The notes: generated from the letters alone by a model not told the origin. A DNA stretch of 64,000 nt from Opitutales bacterium (GCA_044232865.1 JBIILC010000001.1:11652-75651); one strand, 5' to 3'. Counted from the stretch's first letter, positions 37,000 to 45,388 are shown. Numbers and translations are program-made.

Positions 37000-38805
37000 T
37001 CAGACGAGATTCTTGGCCTGGTTATCCCACAGGCGACGGAACAGCTCCGAGGAGGCGTAGACCGCCTCGCGGGTGCCGTCGGCGACGATCCGTCCATCGT
37101 CGAAGACCAGCACGCGGTCCACGTCCCGGATCGTGCTGAAGCGATGCGCGACGATGAGCGTCGTCCGGCCCTTCATCAGGAGCGCCAGCGACTGCTGGAT
37201 GCTGCGCTCGGTATCGGTATCGAGAGCGGAAGTGGCTTCATCGAGAATAAGAATCGGCGCATCCTTGAGGAAGGCCCGGGCGATCGAGACACGCTGGCGC
37301 TGGCCACCGGAAAGACGTCCGCCGCGCTCGCCGACCTTGGTCAGGAAGCCTTCGGGCTGGGCCTCGATGAACTCGAACGCGCCGGCCAGACGGGCGGCCG
37401 CGTGGACTTCTGCATCGGTGGCGGCGGGGCGTCCGAGACGGATGTTCTCCAGGATCGACTCGTTGAAAAGGACGGGCTCCTGCGAGACCAGGGCGATGTT
37501 GGCACGCAGGTCGGCTTGGCGAACCGCGCGGAGATCATGGCCATCGATGCTAATCGCTCCTTGTTGCGGATCGAAAAAGCGCGGCACCATGTTGACGAAG
37601 GTACTCTTGCCGGCGCCGCTCGGGCCGACGAGGGCAACGGACTGTCCGGCGGGGATTTTCAGCGTGACGTCCACGAGCACCGGGTCGGCGCCGTAGCTGA
37701 AGGAGACGCCGCTCATCTCGAGCTCGCCACGGATACGTCCGAGGGGGCGAGCATCAGGTACGTCATCGACCTCGACCTTGGCGAGGATGACCTCCTCTAG
37801 GCGGACAAGGCCGGGGGCGGCCATACTCAGGCGACTGCTTACATTACCCAGCCGCTTGATCGGGCCGTATGCGAAATAGAAGGCGATAATGAGCGAAATC
37901 AGTTCGCTCATCGAGAAGCCGTTCATCGCGCCGACAGCGATGGCCGCAGAAATCCCCACGGCGGCGGTGATCTCGACTAAAGGCGAAAGGGCTTTCTCGT
38001 AGCGCACCAGCTTGCCCTGAATGCGCAGGCCTTCCTGGCTGGCCTGATTGAAGCGCTTGGCTTCGCGTTCCTGCAGACCGTAAGCGCGGACCTCGCGGGC
38101 TGACTGGAGGTTTTCGACCGCGATGCTATTCAGGTCGGAGGCGGACTCCATCCCCTGACGCATCCGGGTCTGGATACGGACTGCGACGCTACGCACGAGC
38201 AGGACCGCGGCGGGGACGACCAAGAGGCAAGCTAAGAACCAATAACCGCTGTCGTGCGAAAAACAGATGAACACCACATAGGCGAGGGCGAAGACCATCG
38301 ACAGAGGCTGGACGATGAGGTCATTCGACACGTCAACCAGCACCAGCCGAACCGAATTGGCGTCGGCAATCAGGCGTGAAAGCAAGTCACCAATCGAGAG
38401 CCGCCCGAAGAAGCCGAGATGAAGCTGCTGCAGTTTGGCGAACACATCGCGACGCACGGCCTCGATCACGCGCAGACCGGCGAGGTTGAGGAGGTAAGTC
38501 GAAAAGAATTCGCCGAGACCGCGGACCAGCATGACCGCGGGGAGGAAAGCGACGGCGAAGACCATCTCGTAGCCCTTCGGCAGAGTGAGCGCTGGCTGGC
38601 CACCCAGCCACTCCGGCCACGTCAGGAGAGGGGCGGCTCGCGTCGCAGCATCGCCGAAGACCGCCGGCAGGACCTTGCCCACGAGGAACGGCAGACCAAA
38701 GGCGTTGGCGGCGGCGAAGACGATGGCCGCGAGCAAGGACAGGAAGAGTAGCGTGCGGCTACCCTTCAGGTAAGGCAGGTAGAGCTTATAGCGGCCTCGG
38801 AACAC
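37000..38805 (-). CDS. ABC transporter permease/ATPase fusion (MsbA-like lipid exporter)
   Basis: Six-TM exporter domain plus an NBD with GPSGAGKST, LSGGQRQRVSIARA and ILILDEATSALD. Confidence 0.85.
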   Translation of the reverse strand: MFRGRYKLYLPYLKGSRTLLFLSLLAAIVFAAANAFGLPFLVGKVLPAVFGDAATRAAPLLTWPEWLGGQPALTLPKGYEMVFAVAFLPAVMLVRGLGEFFSTYLLNLAGLRVIEAVRRDVFAKLQQLHLGFFGRLSIGDLLSRLIADANSVRLVLVDVSNDLIVQPLSMVFALAYVVFICFSHDSGYWFLACLLVVPAAVLLVRSVAVRIQTRMRQGMESASDLNSIAVENLQSAREVRAYGLQEREAKRFNQASQEGLRIQGKLVRYEKALSPLVEITAAVGISAAIAVGAMNGFSMSELISLIIAFYFAYGPIKRLGNVSSRLSMAAPGLVRLEEVILAKVEVDDVPDARPLGRIRGELEMSGVSFSYGADPVLVDVTLKIPAGQSVALVGPSGAGKSTFVNMVPRFFDPQQGAISIDGHDLRAVRQADLRANIALVSQEPVLFNESILENIRLGRPAATDAEVHAAARLAGAFEFIEAQPEGFLTKVGERGGRLSGGQRQRVSIARAFLKDAPILILDEATSALDTDTERSIQQSLALLMKGRTTLIVAHRFSTIRDVDRVLVFDDGRIVADGTREAVYASSELFRRLWDNQAKNLV

Positions 38806-38853
38806 GCCACTAGCGTGGCTGCGAGCCCCGCCGGTGGAAACATCAAATCTATC

Positions 38854-39900
38854 CTATTTCTTCTTCGGAAACGCGACCGACAGGGCGATCGCGAGAGCCA
38901 GGACGAAGCCGATGATCGAGAGGGAGACCGAGGTAGGGATATGCACCCGGCCATCATGCACGAGAGCCTGGGCCCAGCCAGCGAACTGCCCTTCGGGCTC
39001 ACCCACGGTGGCCGCCCACGGCAGGATCATCTTAACTCCGATGAAGACCAGGATGAAGGACAGCGCAGGCTTAAGGAAGCGGAAGAGGTGCATGAAGCCC
39101 GAGATGGCGAAATACATCGAGCGAAGGCCCATGATCGCGAAGATATTCGAGGTGAAGGCGATAAAACGCTTATCTTCGATTGGCATCTGGACCGGCAGGA
39201 TGCCAAGTACGGCGGGGATCGAGTCGATTGCGAAGAGCAGGTCGGTGCTCTCGATGACGACTAACACCACGAAGAGCGGCGTGAAGACGCGACGGCCATC
39301 CTCACGGGCGATGAAAGCCTCGCCGTGCAGACGATTCGTGACCGGCAAGAATCGCCGGATCATCCGCACCACGAAGTTCTCATCGACGCCCTTCCCTTCG
39401 GTCTCGTCATGCGAAAAGGCCATCTTGAGGCCTGTGAAGAGCAAGAAGGCACCGAAGATCGGCAACAGGATGGTGAAGCGATCGACGGCGGCGATACCGG
39501 CGATGATGAAGATCGCCCGCATGGCCACGGCACCGAGGATACCCCAGAAGAGAACGCGATGCTGGAGGTGCGGAGGAATACTGAAGTGCGCGAAGACCAG
39601 GATGAAGATGAAGAGGTTGTCTACCGAGAGCGCCAACTCTAGGACATAACCGGCGGCGAAGAGCTCAGCGTCCTCCGGCCCGCGCCAGCCGGAGAGCAAG
39701 AAGGCGAATCCGACGGCCAACGAAACCCAGACCACGCACCAAGCGACGGCCTCCTTGAAGCTAGGCGCCTCGTTGGCCTTCTTCTTGAAGACGCCGAGGT
39801 CGAGTGCGAGCATGAACCCGACGAACCCCAGGAAGGCCGCCCAAGCCCAGTTGGGAATCATCAAGGGGGCCTCGGCAACGGCGGACAGGAAGGCGGACAT
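38854..39900 (-). CDS. TerC family integral membrane protein
   Basis: ELALSVDNLFIFILVF and a second LFAIDSIPAV repeat are typical of TerC/Alx. Confidence 0.85.
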   Translation of the reverse strand: MSAFLSAVAEAPLMIPNWAWAAFLGFVGFMLALDLGVFKKKANEAPSFKEAVAWCVVWVSLAVGFAFLLSGWRGPEDAELFAAGYVLELALSVDNLFIFILVFAHFSIPPHLQHRVLFWGILGAVAMRAIFIIAGIAAVDRFTILLPIFGAFLLFTGLKMAFSHDETEGKGVDENFVVRMIRRFLPVTNRLHGEAFIAREDGRRVFTPLFVVLVVIESTDLLFAIDSIPAVLGILPVQMPIEDKRFIAFTSNIFAIMGLRSMYFAISGFMHLFRFLKPALSFILVFIGVKMILPWAATVGEPEGQFAGWAQALVHDGRVHIPTSVSLSIIGFVLALAIALSVAFPKKK

Positions 39901-39993
39901 CCCCTTGAAGTTAGCCTAACCACAGGGGAGTCAAGCCCTCCCCGCTGATGCGGGCTTGCCCGCCCGACCCTCCCCCGACTTACTACCCTTCGC

Positions 39994-40065
39994 GTTCCCG
40001 TAGTTCAACGGATAGAACATTGGTTTCCTAAACCGAGGATGTGGGTTCGATTCCCGCCGGGGACA
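39994..40065 (+). tRNA. tRNA-Arg (anticodon CCT)
   Basis: gttcccg-ta-gttcaacggatagaac-a-ttggt-ttCCTaa-accga-ggat-gtgggttcgattcccgc-cggggac-a. The short variable region makes the exact fold slightly uncertain. Confidence 0.82.
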
Positions 40066-40083
40066 GCGACGCGAACCGGGGGA

Positions 40084-41265
40084 CTACTTCTTAAGCCGAT
40101 AGGCCTGAATGCGAGTGTCCGGAGTGCGACGATAGATTTCGTCGACATCTCGGAGCCTCATCAGGGTCCACGGCGCTAGGATGCTGTCTCCGTTCTTGGT
40201 CAGCACGATGTCATCCACGATATGGACGCAGGTGTGCAGTCCTTCGCCGTCATCCAGGAAGCAGAGCACGTCTCCATATCGGTAGGGCGCATCGACCGCC
40301 ACGTAGTCCTTCAGGAGATGCTCGGCGGCCTGGCGGGTATCGAGGTAGATATCCTTGGGCTCCTGATTGAAGAAATTAAGGGAGGTCCAATGGCAGTCCG
40401 GAAAACGTCCCTTGAGACCGAGATCAAGTTCCGGGAAACTGTAGACCCGGAGCCGAAACGCCGAAGGAAGGAAATGGGTGACGTCGATGAGCTGCTTGGC
40501 TCGACGCTGGGTCACCGCGCGGATGAACGCCAGACGCGGCGTCCCCACCTGATCGGCCGTCCAGTAATCGATGAAAGCCTGGCGGTCCACGGTCAGCGGC
40601 AGACGGAGGCTGATGACTAGGCTACGCACACGGGTGATACTCCGGAAGACGGCGCTCACCTCCTCAGGCCCCTTGGCCAAGGCGAGCAAGGCTTGCACAT
40701 CACTGAAGACAAGGGCGCTACCACGTCGCCAAAGCAGCTGCCGGAACAAGGCACGCTGCCCGGAAGTGAGCGAGACCTCTTCGAGCCAGTCGTCGACATC
40801 GCCACCCAGGATGAAGACCGGGTCGCGCTGGTATTCGTTAGCCGAAGACTTGGCGAGTTCTAGGTAAAGGGCGCTGCGCACCTCCATGCTGAGGGCGATA
40901 AGGTCTTCCCGTTCAGGCAGAAGGATAATGCTGTTGCCGCTCTCCACGAGTCGCACGGGGCTGATGAGCCTCGCAATCACCGCCTCGGGTACACCGGCCT
41001 TAACCAATATCGCCCGGACGCCGCCCTGCGTGTTCTGCTCGAAGGTCCAGCGGGTCACCGCAGACGGCTTAGCGATTACCGCCATCAAAGATTCCGGCGG
41101 CTCCAAATAGACGGAACGGACTTCCAGCTGCCCCCAAGGGCCGGACTTCGTCAGCCACATCGGCTCCACGATGGCACCGGGGATGGCCCTGGGGACGGCA
41201 CCAGCAACAACCCCCCAGCAGACGGCGGCCAGAAGGCCGAGAGAGCGAAGGAAGCTAAGATTCAC
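40084..41265 (-). CDS. hypothetical secreted protein with a C-terminal papain-like (NlpC/P60-type) Cys-His signature
   Basis: Signal MNLSFLRSLGLLAAVCWGVVAGA. C-terminal FPDCHWTSLNFF ... YGDVLCFLDDGEGLHTCVHIVDDIVLTKNG resembles the Cys...His...polar order of NlpC/P60-like hydrolases. Confidence 0.45.
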   Translation of the reverse strand: MNLSFLRSLGLLAAVCWGVVAGAVPRAIPGAIVEPMWLTKSGPWGQLEVRSVYLEPPESLMAVIAKPSAVTRWTFEQNTQGGVRAILVKAGVPEAVIARLISPVRLVESGNSIILLPEREDLIALSMEVRSALYLELAKSSANEYQRDPVFILGGDVDDWLEEVSLTSGQRALFRQLLWRRGSALVFSDVQALLALAKGPEEVSAVFRSITRVRSLVISLRLPLTVDRQAFIDYWTADQVGTPRLAFIRAVTQRRAKQLIDVTHFLPSAFRLRVYSFPELDLGLKGRFPDCHWTSLNFFNQEPKDIYLDTRQAAEHLLKDYVAVDAPYRYGDVLCFLDDGEGLHTCVHIVDDIVLTKNGDSILAPWTLMRLRDVDEIYRRTPDTRIQAYRLKK

Positions 41266-41307
41266 ATCTTTTTAACAACAGAGGGAATCGAAAGTTCCAA
41301 TTAAAAT

Positions 41308-42582
41308 ATGACGAACGAACGCTCAAAGGCCTCCGACGCTCTGGCGGTGGGCGGCGTTTCGCATTGTAGCGGCGAAGCTTTCGTCGCACGGATAGGGACC
41401 TTTTCCGCCGTGCCCAGACCTAAGCCCAAGAAAGCCGCCGCTCCCGCGCGCGGCCGCTCCGCCAAACCTTCCGCCCGCCGCGCCGCCAAGCCGGCCCGCC
41501 GTCAGGCCGACGCCGCCTCCACCTCCACGCCCGAAGCCGCCAAGGCTCAGCCCAACCAGCGTATCGGCGTACTGATCGACGCCGACAACGTCTCGCACCA
41601 GCACCTCCCCACCCTGCGGCGCTTTATCGGTGAGACGGAGATCTCCGCCGCCCGCGCCTATGGCGACTTCAACGGCCGCCTCAGCGGCTGGCGCGCCGCC
41701 GCCCAGGAATGGGTAGAACTGGATCTTGTCGACCAGCGCAGCTACACGCCGGGCAAGAACGCCGCCGATATGCGCCTGACCATTGACGCGGTGAAGCTGA
41801 TGGCCGGCCCCAATCCGCCCACGACCCTCATCTTCGTCACGAACGACAGCGACTTCACGCCGGTGGTCGAGGACGCCAAGCGTCTCGGCGTCCGTATCAT
41901 CGTGATGGGCGAACGCACGCACAAGGCCCTCCGCTCCACGGCCCATCATTACCTGAACCTTTCCGAACTGCGCACGCGTCTGGACGACGAACAGTCGGCG
42001 AAATCCGACCCGCGCAAGGCCCTCGGCCTGCTCGCTCAGGCCCTGCGCGCGCTAGCGCCGAAGACGAACAAGGAAGTCGGCGCTCTGCTCGACCAGTTCG
42101 AGAAGATGCTGCCTGAACTCCGCTTCGCCGACGCCCCGCGCCCGCAGCGCGAGCCTGGCCCCCGACGCGAAGCCCGGGAGCCCCGCCCAGAACGTGCCCA
42201 GCGCGAACCCCGCCCGGCCCGCGAACCACGCGCCCCGCGCGAAGCCCGCCCGGCGCCTGATAATTCCGGCCAAGATTACCGCGACCGCCCGAACCTCTCG
42301 TCCGCCCAGCAGGCCCAAGGCAAAGCCGAAGCCGATCAGCGACGCGCCCAGCTGCAACAGCGTCAAGATATCATCGAGGCCCTCGTCGACGTCGCCACGG
42401 GCCTAGCGCCCGAAGGCGAATGGCTGAAGGTCGAGGTCATCAAGAAGTTCCTGCTGCAGGAACATCCCGGCCTCGAAGCGAACGCTCCTCGCTATGCGAA
42501 GTTCTACCGCATGCTCGAGGACACCGGCCGCTTCGACGTCCAGCTCCAGGGCTCGACGGTGATGGCCCGCCTGAAAGAGTAA
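41308..42582 (+). CDS. NYN (LabA-like) domain protein with C-terminal OST-HTH/LOTUS-like module
   Basis: RIGVLIDADNVS...GKNAADMRLTIDAV...LIFVTNDSDFTPVVEDAKRLGVRIIVMG is a NYN nuclease-fold pattern. A REPRP-type low-complexity linker follows, then helical modules typical of OST-HTH. Confidence 0.7.
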   Translation: MTNERSKASDALAVGGVSHCSGEAFVARIGTFSAVPRPKPKKAAAPARGRSAKPSARRAAKPARRQADAASTSTPEAAKAQPNQRIGVLIDADNVSHQHLPTLRRFIGETEISAARAYGDFNGRLSGWRAAAQEWVELDLVDQRSYTPGKNAADMRLTIDAVKLMAGPNPPTTLIFVTNDSDFTPVVEDAKRLGVRIIVMGERTHKALRSTAHHYLNLSELRTRLDDEQSAKSDPRKALGLLAQALRALAPKTNKEVGALLDQFEKMLPELRFADAPRPQREPGPRREAREPRPERAQREPRPAREPRAPREARPAPDNSGQDYRDRPNLSSAQQAQGKAEADQRRAQLQQRQDIIEALVDVATGLAPEGEWLKVEVIKKFLLQEHPGLEANAPRYAKFYRMLEDTGRFDVQLQGSTVMARLKE

Positions 42583-42585
42583 GCC

Positions 42586-43584
42586 TTACTTCCCGATTGT
42601 CCGGGCGAGGAAATCCAAAGTCACCTCGGTCAAGTCGGGCTTGTCCGACACACTAATGACTTCGGCTCCGGCGAAGACGCCGCTCCGCTTCCAGCTCTTG
42701 CCCTTGGGATGCAGATCGAAGGTATGCGGCGCCCCTTCGACGACGATATACTCGTGGGAAACCTTCGCGAAGCGGAGCGCTTTCGCCATGTCATCCGACT
42801 GCGCGATATCGACCGTGCTGTCAGCCGTGCCGTGCAGGATAAGTACCGCCGGATCCTGCGCGTCGCACTGGGACTCAGGGAAGTAAGCGGCCTGCTCCGC
42901 CGGCGAAGTCCCTGGGACCTCCCCTTTACCGCGCTTAGCGAAGTTAACGACGCCATACATGTCGATGACGGCGGAGACCTTGGCGGAATGCGTCGCGGCG
43001 GGATCGCCGCCGGGTCCGGTCTTGTCGTCCGAAAGTCCGACCATCAGCGCGAGGTAGCCGCCGGCCGAACCGCCCGCGACGGCAATCTTGTCCGGGTTTA
43101 CGCCGAGTTCCTTCGCATGCGCACGCACCCAGCGGACGGCATTACGGCAGTCGGCGATATTCTGCGGCCAGACGCCAGCCTGGGTCATCGGGCCGAGCCT
43201 GTAATTGCAGCTCACGACGACGTAGCCGGCGCGACAGAGGTCGGCGCTCACGCTGGCGGAGCGATACTCCGCCTTGTCGCCGCCAGTGAAGCCGCCGCCA
43301 TGGATGAAGACTACCGCCGGGCGATTGGAGCGAAAATCGCCTGACGGAAAATAAAGATCGAGCTTCTCCTTACGATTGGCGCCGAGAAAAGGAATGTCGC
43401 TCAGACGATAAACTGGATTCGGCACCTCCATGGTATGCGGGCGGGCATAGGCTTCGGCCGCCAGAGCGGCGACCTTCGCGATCTCGACCGTCGCGCCAAA
43501 TTTGGCCAGCTCACCGATGCGCAACTTAGAAGTATCCGCGGCGAAGACGGAGCAGGCGGCGAGGAGCAGGAGGAGCGGACGCAT
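42586..43584 (-). CDS. alpha/beta hydrolase (HGGG-type carboxylesterase/lipase)
   Basis: Signal peptide, oxyanion VVFIHGGGFTGG, nucleophile elbow AGGSAGG, C-terminal HGTAD. Confidence 0.8.
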   Translation of the reverse strand: MRPLLLLLAACSVFAADTSKLRIGELAKFGATVEIAKVAALAAEAYARPHTMEVPNPVYRLSDIPFLGANRKEKLDLYFPSGDFRSNRPAVVFIHGGGFTGGDKAEYRSASVSADLCRAGYVVVSCNYRLGPMTQAGVWPQNIADCRNAVRWVRAHAKELGVNPDKIAVAGGSAGGYLALMVGLSDDKTGPGGDPAATHSAKVSAVIDMYGVVNFAKRGKGEVPGTSPAEQAAYFPESQCDAQDPAVLILHGTADSTVDIAQSDDMAKALRFAKVSHEYIVVEGAPHTFDLHPKGKSWKRSGVFAGAEVISVSDKPDLTEVTLDFLARTIGK

Positions 43585-43587
43585 AAA

Positions 43588-43616
43588 GGGCGGGGTAGAA
43601 AGTTTCTACCCCGCCC
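43588..43616 (-). terminator. strong hairpin downstream of cimA, ending 3 nt before the hydrolase ATG
   Basis: Minus strand reads gggcggggtagaaa-c-tttctaccccgccc, then ttt, then ATG 43584. Confidence 0.55.
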
Positions 43617-43645
43617 TCGAAGGCAGTCAACGCGTCAGACCGAAC

Positions 43646-45205
43646 TTAGGATAGCGCGTGGGCGTAACCGTCGACGATGGCCTGCAACGAGGCTTCGACG
43701 AGATTTTCGCTGACGCCGACCGTACCCCAGGAACCCTTGCCATCGGACGAGCGGATGACCACGCGGGTCTTGGCCGCGGTGCCGTCGGCACCACCAAGGA
43801 TGCGGACCTTGTAATCCACGAGGCTGACCTTCGCCAGTTTCGGGAAGGACTTCACGAGAGCGGAACGCAGGGCCTGATCGAGGGCGTGGACCGGTCCGTC
43901 GCCTTCGGCCACGGTGAGGGTCTCCTCACCGCCGATGCTGACGCGCACCACGGCTTCGCAATAGGCCGAGCCCTTGGCGCCGCGCGCGGTGACGTGATAG
44001 GAAGCGACCTCGAAAGGCGCGGCCTTGCTCTTGCCGATATGACGACGGAGCAGAAGAGCCAGCGACGCTTCGGCGTCCTCAAAGCTCCAGCCAACGTGCT
44101 CGAGCTTCTTCAGTTCGTCGAGCGCGGTAGCGGTGGCGGGAGAGTCGCGATCGAGGTCGATGCCGAGGGACTTCGCCTTGAGGACGATGTTGCTGCGGCC
44201 GGACTGGTCGCTGACGAGCACGCTGCGTTCATTGCCGACGACGGTCGGATCGATGTGCTCGTAGGCGGCGGAGAACTTACGGACGGCATCAACGTGCGTG
44301 CCACCCTTATGGGCGAAGGCGGCGGTGCCGACCCACGGACGGCGCGGATCGGGCGCGAGGTTGGCGACGCCGTCGACGAAGCGTGATAGACCAGCAAGGC
44401 CCTTGAGCGAGGTCGAGGAGACGCACTTCCAGCCGAACTTCAGCTGGGCGCACGGGATGACCGCGGTGAGGTCGCAATTACCGGTGCGTTCGCCGATGCC
44501 GTTGACGGTACCCTGGACATGCGAAGCGCCGGCTTCAAGCGAAGCGAGGGCGTTGGCGAGGCCGAGACCGGCGTCATCGTGCGTATGGATACCCACGGGC
44601 GTCTTCTTGAGGGCAGCGATCGCGGCGCGGGTGGCCGCGGCGACTTCGGCCGGCAGGGAGCCGCCGTTGGTGTCGCAAAGGACGATGCGGTCGGCACCGC
44701 CGGCGACGGCGGCGAGCATGGAGGCGATGGCGTAGGCCGGATCTTCCTTCCAGCCATCGATTGCGTGTTCGCAATCATAGACGACTTCGCGGCGATGGGA
44801 CTTCAAGAAAGCGATCGTGTCGCGGATCATCTCGAGATTCTCCTCGGGCGAGCAGCGGAGCACTTCGCGGACGTGGAGGGCGGAGGTCTTACCGTAGATC
44901 GTGACGACCGGGGTATCGACTTCGAGAAGACCGCGGACCTGGGCGTCTTCGGAGGCACGCACGCCCTTGCGGCGGGTCGACCCGAAGGCCGCCAGCTTGG
45001 CATGCTTGAACTTGATCTTCTTCGCGCGGGCGAAGAACTCGACGTCGCGGGGATTGGAGCCCGGCCAGCCGCCTTCGATGTAGGTCATGCCGAAGCGTTC
45101 GAGCTCAGCGGCGATGCGCAGCTTGTCATCAACGGAGAAATGAATGCCCTGCCCCTGCGAGCCGTCGCGGAGGGTGGTATCATAGATTTCGATGGAGCGT
45201 GCCAT
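43646..45205 (-). CDS. cimA: (R)-citramalate synthase (LeuA/CimA family)
   Basis: IEIYDTTLRDGSQGQGIHFSVDDKLRIAAELERFGMTYIEGGWPGSNPRDVEFF. 519 aa with a LeuA-type C-terminal regulatory domain. Pattern fits the citramalate-synthase clade. Confidence 0.8.
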   Translation of the reverse strand: MARSIEIYDTTLRDGSQGQGIHFSVDDKLRIAAELERFGMTYIEGGWPGSNPRDVEFFARAKKIKFKHAKLAAFGSTRRKGVRASEDAQVRGLLEVDTPVVTIYGKTSALHVREVLRCSPEENLEMIRDTIAFLKSHRREVVYDCEHAIDGWKEDPAYAIASMLAAVAGGADRIVLCDTNGGSLPAEVAAATRAAIAALKKTPVGIHTHDDAGLGLANALASLEAGASHVQGTVNGIGERTGNCDLTAVIPCAQLKFGWKCVSSTSLKGLAGLSRFVDGVANLAPDPRRPWVGTAAFAHKGGTHVDAVRKFSAAYEHIDPTVVGNERSVLVSDQSGRSNIVLKAKSLGIDLDRDSPATATALDELKKLEHVGWSFEDAEASLALLLRRHIGKSKAAPFEVASYHVTARGAKGSAYCEAVVRVSIGGEETLTVAEGDGPVHALDQALRSALVKSFPKLAKVSLVDYKVRILGGADGTAAKTRVVIRSSDGKGSWGTVGVSENLVEASLQAIVDGYAHALS

Positions 45206-45242
45206 GGTGGTGTGGGTGGGAAAGAGGTGTAAAGGGAGGGGG

Positions 45243-45288
45243 CCGTTCCGGGCGCCGCGGAACGGGGAGTCGCCCGTCGGGCGTTCCG
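45243..45288 (-). promoter_or_regulatory. mutually exclusive hairpins in the cimA leader (attenuator-like)
   Basis: Minus strand carries A cggaacg (45288-45282), B ccgttccg (45265-45258) and C cggaacgg (45250-45243). B can pair with A (7 bp) or with C (8 bp), but not both. Confidence 0.45.
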
Positions 45289-45298
45289 TTCAGCGGGC

Positions 45299-45388
45299 TT
45301 AGAGCCCGATGATGGTAATAATCGCCGGAATGATGGCACGACCGGCCGCGGAGCGGAGGGAGGTCGAAGACTGGGCCAGGGATTCCAT
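45299..45388 (-). CDS. candidate Ile-rich leader peptide of cimA (29 aa, absent from the ORF track)
   Basis: ATG 45388 to TAA 45299: MESLAQSSTSLRSAAGRAIIPAIITIIGL. Six Ile fall within the last 11 codons. Element A starts 11 nt after the stop. Confidence 0.45.
   Translation of the reverse strand: MESLAQSSTSLRSAAGRAIIPAIITIIGL

Noticed and set aside
39901-39993. Possible Mn2+ (yybP-ykoY) riboswitch in the TerC leader
   Set aside because: TerC/Alx genes are classic targets. Here only 93 nt separate the ATG from the divergent tRNA-Arg. I see two short hairpins (gcgggc-aa-gcccgc and ggggag-N7-ctcccc) but not the conserved four-way-junction sequence blocks. An Infernal scan would be needed, so I do not call it.
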